From positions 124,001 through 188,000 of the forward strand of contig JADIIX010000021.1 of the NCBI GenBank assembly GCA_027604505.1: DNA of 64,000 nucleotides, read 5' to 3'. Made by a program: the position numbers and the translations under genes. Within the stretch, counting starts at the first letter, position 1, and each line of letters starts with the position of its first letter. Of this stretch, positions 23,339 to 32,811 are shown piece by piece. The stretch is from Gonapodya sp. JEL0774. Lineage: Eukaryota. The notes beneath the pieces were generated by a model. The model searched no databases and was not told the origin of the DNA. It was given only the letters and a program-made list of their open reading frames with translations.

Positions 23339-24208
23339 TCACACTTTCGCAGGCGCAGGCGCCGAGACATGGCTGTCAGGGGAGACAGAACTTGTGTTTG
23401 TTTTCATCATCATCGTTCCGGAACGTGCCGTTGCAGAAGCAGAGGTCGCCGGCCCACTTTGGTTGGAGCCTTTTCCGGAAGCCGAGTTGCCACGTTCAAG
23501 CATGATGACGACCATTGCCGTGCCAACATAGATGGTAATGTTGTCACCCCAAGCTCTGCTGAGTCCCGACGCTGCATTCAGGACCGGAATCAACAACAGG
23601 AACCACGAGAGGCACCTCACGAGCACCAAGACGCCAACTTTGGATGCACGACTGTTGACATAGGCTGAAATGAACTTGGAAACCTCGGAGTTGTGGGTGA
23701 TGCGGATTCGCATCATGTGGCATGCGATCTGGACGATCAAGAAGGCTGCCAAGAGACCCTGAAGGCCCGTTGTTGCGGTGCCTGGAGTGCTTGTGAAGTT
23801 TTGAATCCAGTATGGTCCGATGGCGTTGTAGCACAGGAGAACTTCCCTCACAAAGGCCGTGAGGATGCTGAGGATGGTGGTGGCCCAGTTGACGTACTCG
23901 ACGATCCCTCTCTTTCCGACGACCAATTTGTCGCCAAACGTTGCCAAGAGCAGTGCTTCGGATGATTGAGTCAACCAACTGAAAGTTCGAGCGATGGCAT
24001 AGGTAGCTTGTGCACCGGTGGAGGCAGGGTCCATGTATGTGTAACCGAACATGAGGACAAATGTGAGCAAGTAGCCTGGTGCGATCACTCTTCCGGACCA
24101 AGAGAGGAGAGTGTTTGTCTTGTTGGAAATCATGAGCTGGTTGTGCACGAAGGCGATGGATGCGGTGACCAATGTCGCACATCGAGTCATTTGAGTGACG
24201 GTCGTCAT
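23339..24208 (-). CDS. Intronless ~7-TM membrane protein (GPCR-like architecture, family unassigned)
   Basis: 289-aa ORF with about seven hydrophobic segments and a Ser/Thr-rich C-terminal tail. Confidence 0.7.
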   Translation of the reverse strand: MTTVTQMTRCATLVTASIAFVHNQLMISNKTNTLLSWSGRVIAPGYLLTFVLMFGYTYMDPASTGAQATYAIARTFSWLTQSSEALLLATFGDKLVVGKRGIVEYVNWATTILSILTAFVREVLLCYNAIGPYWIQNFTSTPGTATTGLQGLLAAFLIVQIACHMMRIRITHNSEVSKFISAYVNSRASKVGVLVLVRCLSWFLLLIPVLNAASGLSRAWGDNITIYVGTAMVVIMLERGNSASGKGSNQSGPATSASATARSGTMMMKTNTSSVSPDSHVSAPAPAKV

Positions 24209-25276
24209 GGTGACAAGCTCGGTTGGACTATTCGCGTAGAAGATGGGACAAGACCTGAGAGTAACCTGGAAGGGGAATAGGTTGAAGTTTGCGGGGAACT
24301 TGACGGCATGCAGCGCTTCGGTTGTGATGGACGCTTCAAACCTACCAGCGGAGGGCGGATTTTTCGCAAGAACGGGTAGAAATTGCAGGGGGGTTTCGCA
24401 CAGAAGATGAGATGAGTGCCATGAGTGCCTGAATCGCTGCCTTCGCCTTGAGTGTGGAATTCAGGGTTTCAGGTAACAGAGCGAATGGACTGGATCTGGT
24501 GCTCTGGTCCGAATATAAAACAGTGTTTCTTAGCGAACACCTACCGAATACTGCTGTATGCACCAGGTGTTCATCTGCAAGGGCGGAGACATACCGTAAT
24601 AGTGAAAGAGATGTTGACTCGACAAAAGTTGCCCGATGAGGACACTTTCATTCCGTCTTTCTCCGCCCCGTTTTGATTTCTGTAATTAACTCATTTGATT
24701 GTGTGTGTCCAGTAACGACAAAAAATACCAGGAGAGCACAGGGAAATCGCCATGATATCCAAGGATAATTCCATTGGGGACGGAGTTGCCCTTTACGCGC
24801 TCATGTACTCTTATATCTCGCGAGCCTTCGTCGGACAGATGCGATAATAAAATGCATAATCCTTGAACGGATAATAGGAAACCAAGAACAGTTTTGGTGT
24901 GTCCGGGTTCTTGGGTCGGGCGAACCTGGGCCGGTGAGTCACCGAGTACCCAACGCCGGAGGCGGAGAAAGGTTTTAGACACCAGCGAGCGGCCGATTTC
25001 TGCTGAACGACAGAGCGAACAAAAAAAGCACAAAGAAAACTGGAACGAGAAATGACGTCAGAAGGCGGCGGAAGTGGAATTGCCCCCATGGAGCTTGGAA
25101 ACCGACACTTCTGGCTCTGACTCAAGGTGGAACATCATTCTTCCTCCAACTCCAATATAAGAGGGACAAAGAACCCGCGTTCACTTCAATCTCAGATTTG
25201 TTTTCCTTTTTTTCTGTTTCACACGCTTTTGCGCTTTTTCCATTCCCGTTTCCCACACCAAATTAATTTCAAGTCA

Positions 25277-28200
25277 ATGCTCACATCTTCCCGCGCTCCC
25301 ATCTCCCGCTCGATTCTGATCCGCGCATCGGCGACATCCTCCCTCCCGCTCAAACCTTCTCCCATTTTGCCCGCTTCTCCGGTTTCAATCGCATCGAAAT
25401 CGACCGGATCCCGCCGTTTCAATGGAACCCGGACTCCCCTTGCGCACCTGGCAGGTCGGATCCCCCACCGAAACGGGTTCGCAACGCAAGCTTCTCCTGC
25501 CGGCGCTCGCCATTCCAGTGCACAAGAGACATTGCTGGTGCTCTATGGCTCGCAGGTGTGTATGAGATAACGAGGTGGTGCGGTGAAATCAATGGAAATG
25601 GACTGGGAGGTCGGACTTCGAAGTTCCCCCGCGTGTCTGAGTTAATACTTTGACTTTCCGGACGAAACCCATGCGATCCTCAAATTTGATCGCGTTTTGA
25701 ACTCCGCGTCATGGAATTGATGTGCCCGAACCTTTTTGGCGTCACCTCCGTGCTTCGAAACCCCGTAACTTGCGTCATGTGGCGCCTGTACCTCTTTTTC
25801 TCTCCTTTTGGGGGAATTTTCCTCCATCTTTGTTTCCATTCTAACCTCATGACTTGCGTATCTTCCTCCACTCTCGCCTTGAATTTGTACCCCGCCTCTT
25901 TCCTTCTCCCCACTACGCCCGCCCAACCCCACTTCGCAATCCCCCTCCACCCTCAGACCGGCACCACCGCCTCCTACGCCCAGACCCTCGCCTCGTTCGC
26001 CCGCTCGCGTGGCATCGCCGTGCGTGTACAAGATATGAAGGCCTTTACGGACCAGTGGGGCACCCAAGGGGTCGTCAAGGGATTAGCCAAGGAGGGAAAC
26101 GTCGGTGGGTTCGACTTTTTTGCTTTGTTGTTTTGTTGGTTGCTGGGAGTGAGCGTGGACAGGGATGGAACGCGGTGTGGTGTACATGATCGGGTCCTGA
26201 GATGTGCCGTGAGGTGGAGGAATTGTATTCTCCGCAGTGTTCCCGCCCTGGTCCGCTTGGAATAATTTCAATGAACTTTTCTGACCATGAACGTTGCCTC
26301 TGTTTCTATCTTCCCCTCCTCCCATCCAGTGTTGATGACCTCGACGTTTTACAACGGTGTGTTCGCATGTTCTCTGTCTGTTGATCACTCTCACCCACTG
26401 ATCCACCTTTCCTCGCACGCACCTTCCCTCACACAATTAGGAGAGTTCCCGGATAATGGTACGGGCCTATATTTTCGCTTGGTCGTTCACACGATACCAA
26501 TGCGTACTTGAACACCACTCGCTCCAACCACCCGTAGCCCTATCGTTCTGGACCGCACTGTCCAAGGCCGATCCATCCACCGCACCGGCGTTGCTGGCCA
26601 ACACCAAGTTTGCCATCTTTGGCTTGGGAAACAAGTCCAACAAAGTAATTGACGGACCCCACCGTTTTGCATAGCATGATCACCGCACGCAGGCTCATCG
26701 CAAAACTCGACCAAATTCATTTTCCGCCTTCCGATCGCTCGATCCTGACACGATCCGTGCCTGACCGTTACCCACCACGCCAAACCCATCCCACAAGTCC
26801 AACTTCAACCTCGCCGCGCGCCGTCTCGAGCAGAGGATCAAAGAACTCGGTGGACGGGAATTTGTTCCGGCAGGTGTGTGTTGGTGTGATTTGCAGGATC
26901 TACTGCTCTGTCGCCTCGTCCCACATGCTGAGCTGACTAATCGACCCCTCACACGTCGCGCATTCCACATAACACCAGGGTACGGCGACGAACTGGCCGC
27001 CTCTTCCCACGAATCATCCTTCCGCCCCTTTTTGAAATCCATCTGGTCCGCCCTGTCCGCCTCGTCCACCGCCACCTCCCTGCCGTCCTCCTACACCGTC
27101 TCACCCGCTCCCCAGGGTGCAAAAGACGATACCGCTGCTGCTCGTGGCGAAGGCTTCAGGGAGGTGCGCGTGACGGGGAACAAGGTGTTGTCGGGGAAGG
27201 GAGTGCAAAGGGAGATCAGACTCGTTTCGGTCGCGGTGGAGGGAGGAGAAACTTACCCCTTGGCGGGTCATGTCTTGGTAAGTTGAAAGATTTCTTGAAT
27301 TGTGTTTCCTTCGGCATTCAAGATCAAGGCAAGATCAAGGTGTGAATGAACCTCTCGCTGTTCCACCTAGGTTTCCGTTCCGAACCCTTCCAGCTTGGTC
27401 TCGCGCGCCATCAGAGCACTGGCCCTGGGTCCTACCATCACCCCGACGACTCTCCTCTCCATCACCCCGACCACCGCCTCGTCCTCTTCTCCCCTACCCG
27501 CTACCACCACCCTCTCCTCGCTCCTCACACACCACATCGACTTGCAGGGGTTGGCGACAAGGAGCTTCTTGGAGGCTCTCAGCGTCGTGGCCACAGATAA
27601 GAGGGAGAAGGAAAGGTTGCAGGAGATCGCAGAGGGGATGGGAGGAGTAGGCGGAGATGGGTACGCGAGGTTGACCGAAGGCGAGGTGGGTGTTGCGATG
27701 GGAGGGCGGCTCTCGAGTGGGTGGCTGAACGGTGACTTTGTACCGTTTTCTCGGTAGATCTTCTCTTATGTCGATGCTATGGAGATGTTCCCTTCTGCCC
27801 GACTCTCGATCGACCAGTTGATGTCTATCGTGCCACGGATACAACCCAGGTGAGCGTCTCGTCAGGACTGAGAACCCTCACTCGAACGATGCCGGTTCTT
27901 GTTCACGCACGTGCTTGATGTGCTCGCTCTAAACCTCCTCACTCCTCCCACGCATAAAGGTACTACTCCATCTCTTCCTCCCCGCTCGCCCAACCCTCGG
28001 CCATCGACATTATCATCTGCAAAGACGTGTGGCCCACACTCTCCAACCCCGAGAACAAGTTCCAAGGGTTGGCTAGCAGTTACCTGTCTGGGTTGAAGAA
28101 TGGGGACAAGGTGCTGCTCAAGTGGCAGGAGAGTCCGGTCAAGGTTGATGCGGGGACAAAGGTCGTGGCGGTAGGACTAGGAACGGGCATCGGTGTACCC

Positions 28201-31200
28201 CGTGGCATTTTGCAACATTTCTCGGCACTCAAGAAGCAGGGGAAACCCGTCGTGCCGATGGAATTGTTTTATGGGTTCAGGCATGCTGAGAAGGATTTGG
28301 TCCTCGAAGATGAACTGCGCGGGTATGAGACGGAGGGGTTGTGCACGGTATGCTGTTTGAAACTACTCAGTTCACAGACAGTGGTGATTCACACACTCGC
28401 ACACTGGCACTTTGCTTTTTTCAAAACGCATGCACCATCTCAGCTCTCTTTCTCCGCCATGGATCAAGGCTCTCTCGTTACTGCAGCTATCTCCAAAACT
28501 CCCACTGTTGCCTCTACACTGCTCGACAACAATGGAATATTCCTGTACACCGGCCCGGGTGGCGTCGTTCCCCAAGCAGTGGAAGTAGCCGTGCAAGAAT
28601 CCATCGCTACTACTCGCTCCATCCACCCGCAATCGGCGGCATCGGAGCTCGCTGATCTCAAGGCTGACCCGTCCAGGTGGATTGTGGAAGCGTACTCGAG
28701 GGAAGCGGATGTGGAGAATCTCCTCAAGTCTTACACCACCAAGTTGGACTCGGAGAAGCCGCTGGCGAGCGTGTTTGAAGGAAGTAAGATGCTTTGCTTT
28801 CAGTGCGAGCAAACATTCCAAGGGAAGGGTTGTACCACGTAAGTTCTTGTTCTTGGAGAAGAATGTATAAACAGATAAACCAGAGTTTATGAAACAGGGT
28901 CGGTGTGTGTGGGAAGACTCCAGAAGGTTTGTTTTTCTGCGCTTGTCGCTGTCAGCGCATTCTGACCTGTCCACACACTCTCTCCCTCACTAGTTGCCGC
29001 CCTCCAAGATCTACTCGTTGACGTTGTTAAGCGCCTCGGCTGGGTGAACCACCAGATTCGAACTCTTGCGGGCTCCTCCAGTGGTCTCAATGACTCCTTA
29101 CTCAACGCGGTCAACAGCCGCGAATCGGACAAGTTCACCATGTTGGCGTTGTTCTCGACCTTAACTAATGTAAACTTTGATCCGGCATCGATCAGGGACT
29201 ACATCGTGAATGTTCGGTGAGTACAAATAGTCCCATCTGATTCGTTTGCAATGTGTGACCTGACCTCCTGCCCAGATATCAAACTGCTGCGCGCACGAAA
29301 GTCTACAACGACCTTTGTAAATCTCTCAACGTTGCTCCAAACACATGTCCGATTCCTGACCTCTCTGGGAATCTCACGGATCCCGGTGCCCTAGCCAAAA
29401 AGGGTGAACTTGTCGGCGTCCTTGCAAAGTTCCGCACGGTGAAGAACGACGTAGTGGTTGGATTGGCAGAAATGTTAGTGTACGGTCTCAAGGGAGTTTG
29501 TGCCTACGGGGACCACGCGGTGCTTCTCGGAGAGGAGGACGCCAGAGTTTTTAACTACCTCAACGAGGCACTCGCGTTCTTGATCAGTCCTGAGAGTGCA
29601 AATTTGGATGCGGTAGTGCAGATGCTGCTTCGATGTGGTGAAGCGAACCTCATCACCATGGATACACTCCATCGCGCGAACACAAAGCGTGAGTTGTGTG
29701 GGAGCATTACGATCGCGTCGCTTTATTGAAACATTTTGTACCTTTCAATGTCTACAGACGGCGCTCAGTCTCCCGCTTCCGTGACGGTGGGACCGACTCC
29801 TGGAAAGGCAATTCTGATCTCTGGTCACGACATGAAATACCTGGAGGAACTCCTCGAACAAACGAAGGGAACAGGCGTCAACGTGTACACACACGGCGAA
29901 ATGCTCCCAGCGCACGGCTACCCCAAGCTCCGTGACTATGGGAACCTCGTCGGACACTTTGGCGTTGCGTGGCAGAGGCAGAGTAAGTCTCTCAAATTGG
30001 TTGAACATGAAATCTTGTGATGAATTTGACGCTTTCCCATCGTCTGCTGTCTTTTGACTCCAGCCGTGGAATTCCCGCACTTCCCGGGTCCAATCGTCAT
30101 GACCTCCAATTGTCTGGTGCCACCCAAGGATGATCTCAAGGACAGAATATTTACTGCTGGGTGAGTGTTCGGAAGCCGCGTTCCCGTTGCTGAGCCATCA
30201 CCATCATCTCTTGCTTAGGGCGGTCGCGTACCCGGGATGTCCAACAGTCGACTCCAGCAACTACGACTTTTCCGCTGTGATCAAGAAGGCACAGGAGATG
30301 ACAGGCTTCAGGGAAACCGACACCGAGTTCACGTATCCCCTTGATCGTGAGCGCCATTGTTAGGTGCACGAGTTTTCGCACCGAATCTGATCAATACGTC
30401 TTTCTCTGAATCACATCAGCTTTCGGCAAGCCCGCCAAAAGCTACAATGTCGGTTTCGCGTACGAAACCGTGCTTTCCGTGGCCCCGCAGGTGATTTCGG
30501 CGATCGAGAAGGGCGACATTACCCGGTTCTACTACATTGGGTGAGAGATCTCATGTGGTTTGGTTAGAATTGTCGGATACTGAATTCTCCACTTGATTGA
30601 CAATACTAGAGGGTGCGACGGGTTTGAGGGAGAGCGCAACTACTGTTCGTACCACGTAATTCGTGGGTCTGGGTCATCGTAAGCTCACTTTCTCTTCCAT
30701 CAACGTCATACAGACACCGAACTCATGGAAAACCTGCCTCCCACATCTGTGGTCCTCACCTCTGGGTGCGGAAAGTACCGGGTGTTGGGCGATAAGCTCC
30801 AGTATGCGACGATTGGTGACACCGGGATCCCGAGATTGCTCGATTTGGGCCAGTGCAATGACGCGTAAGTGTGTTGTTTGATCACGTGACTATGGCCGGG
30901 TTATCAGAGTTGTGGTCTTTAGATACTCGGCGATCAAAATCGCAGTTGCCTTGGCTGAGCATTTCAAGTGTGGCGGTGAGTCAAAGGCCGTGGCTGTTTC
31001 GTTCTCACGGTCATGGAGTCATTCATGGTGTTGTTTTCGATTAGTGAACGACTTGCCTCTCAACCTGGTCGTTTCTTGGTTCGAACAGAAGGCCGTCGCC
31101 ATCTTGCTGACACTTCTTCACCTGAATCTGAAGGGCGTAAGTTGAAGTGCTCGGCGTCCAATATTTTGAACCTTTTACAAACTCAGCTCACTGTTTCCAC

Positions 31201-31337
31201 CTGAACAGGTCCGAATCGGTCCCCGCCTTCCAGCTTTTATCCGTCCAGCAGCATTGGAATTCTTGGTGAAAACTTTTGATTTAAAGGCCATTGGAGATGC
31301 ACAGGAAGATCTTAAGGCGATGACTGGACAAAACTAA
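25277..31337 (+). CDS. hcp: Fusion protein: mitochondrial-type presequence + CPR-like diflavin reductase (flavodoxin/FAD/NAD(P)H) + hybrid cluster protein (hydroxylamine/NO reductase family)
   Basis: About 23 exons. Flavodoxin: [88 protein letters not shown]. The same exon (28444-28838) continues into [26 protein letters not shown]. Hcp motifs follow: [56 protein letters not shown] and IGPRLPAF. Stop TAA at 31335-31337. Confidence 0.93.
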
Positions 31338-31600
31338 CGCCACGAGGGAGGAGAATCTGATCTGCATGGAAAAATTTAATTCGAATAATGCACTGGTAGA
31401 TATCGCATGACTTGACATGTACAGTCTGACTCAAAGACTTTCCAATATTGAAATCAAAATTGCCTTTGACAAATGGGTTCAAGAAATGTCAAACAGCACT
31501 GTAGAGACGCGCGACAAGTACATGTAAAGTAAATTAAGCGAGAGTGCCGATTGGCAGTGTGTTCCTACAGTAGCTTCTAATACACCACGCCGATTGTTCA

Positions 31601-32533
31601 TTAAGTTGCACGGCATACAACTCTTCCAGCCGCACTATTAAACGCGCAGATCTGCGGTCGAAGGGCCTGGATCTGTTTCTTGTCCTTTGGAATCCTTTGC
31701 ACAGGCCGCGTGCACACGCAACCGTTGTCCACATACCCAGGTGCGCAATTATCACAGCATGACTATTGCGACAGTGATTTGGCAATAATCAGACATTGAC
31801 GTTGTGCGTACGTCACCGGGACGGGAGGTGGGTGGGAGGGGGGGGGGGAATAAGAGGTGGGATGTGTCCAACAAACAAAATGGACAAAGTGTCATTTTCG
31901 CCACGACGGTCCAAAGTCTGGTCAAGTTTGCCCTCACTGTTCCAAAGATAGTCCGTATGCAACAACTTTGAAGGGGGACAGAGAGTGAGATTTTGAAGAC
32001 ATGATGCGAGGCATAGAGGCGGACACTCACCATCCTTGAGGTTTCCAGTATGTGTTTAGGTCAAGCCAACAAGCAACTCCGTCATCACGCCATCCTGGCT
32101 GGCATTTTTGCAGGCAATAGACTGGCAGACGGGTCAATCGTCAATCCACGAAAGGGGGAACATAAATCGCAAACCACGAACAAGCCGGATTGGAATCACT
32201 GGTTGCAATTAGAGGATCCTCGAAGACAACTTCGTATCCAAAAGGACACTTCTCGACTAAAATCGATCAATCACGTCACCAAAAACTATGTTCGTTGCTT
32301 CAGCGGATGGTATTCACGAACTCACGACAGAACAAACGGTTGTCGCGGAGTGTAAACACTTTGAAGCGATCCGGGGAAGAACACTCTGCTGACTCTCCCG
32401 TTTTCAAATCTGTTTTCAATATCGCAGCAGCATAATGCCGGCCGTGAACGACTATCAGGAACAGCCCGATGACCACTGTCCAGACTGTTCCGATCACGAA
32501 GCTCTGACGAGTCCTGCTTAAAGGTGAGTTCAT
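31601..32533 (-). CDS. Small Cys-rich secreted/anchored protein (5 exons)
   Basis: Phase-consistent splicing gives MNSPLSRTRQSFVIGTVWTVVIGLFLIVVHG...AECSSPDRFKVFTLRDNRLFC|LEKCPFGYEVVFEDPLIATSDSNPA|FYCLQKCQPGWRDDGVACWLDLNTYWKPQG|CCCIRTIFGT|SCCDNCAPGYVDNGCVCTRP...VVCRAT*. An alternative start exists at 32578. Confidence 0.75.
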
Positions 32534-32811
32534 CTGGTGGATCGATATCGCGAATCGTGTGGATTTAGAGCTTTTCATAAATACGGATGCGTCCGTTATT
32601 ATTGGCACCGCCACCGCCGCAGCCACAGTGGACTGGTTGAGTATACTTGTTCCCCTCCTCCCTATTTTTTTTCTTGTTCTCGTCCATCAATTAATTTTAT
32701 GCAAGGAGGGAAGAAAACGAAATCTGGTTCCCTTGCACGAGGAGAACGTTCGTGAGAATCGCTATTAATCGTGTCGCTATATTTGTAAGTGAATGAATAA
32801 ATAATGTCTTC

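Noticed and set aside
1..31337. Nitrate/NO metabolic cluster linking the ModF-like gene with hcp
   Set aside because: They are 25 kb apart with unrelated genes between, and no nitrate or nitrite reductase or transporter is in the window.
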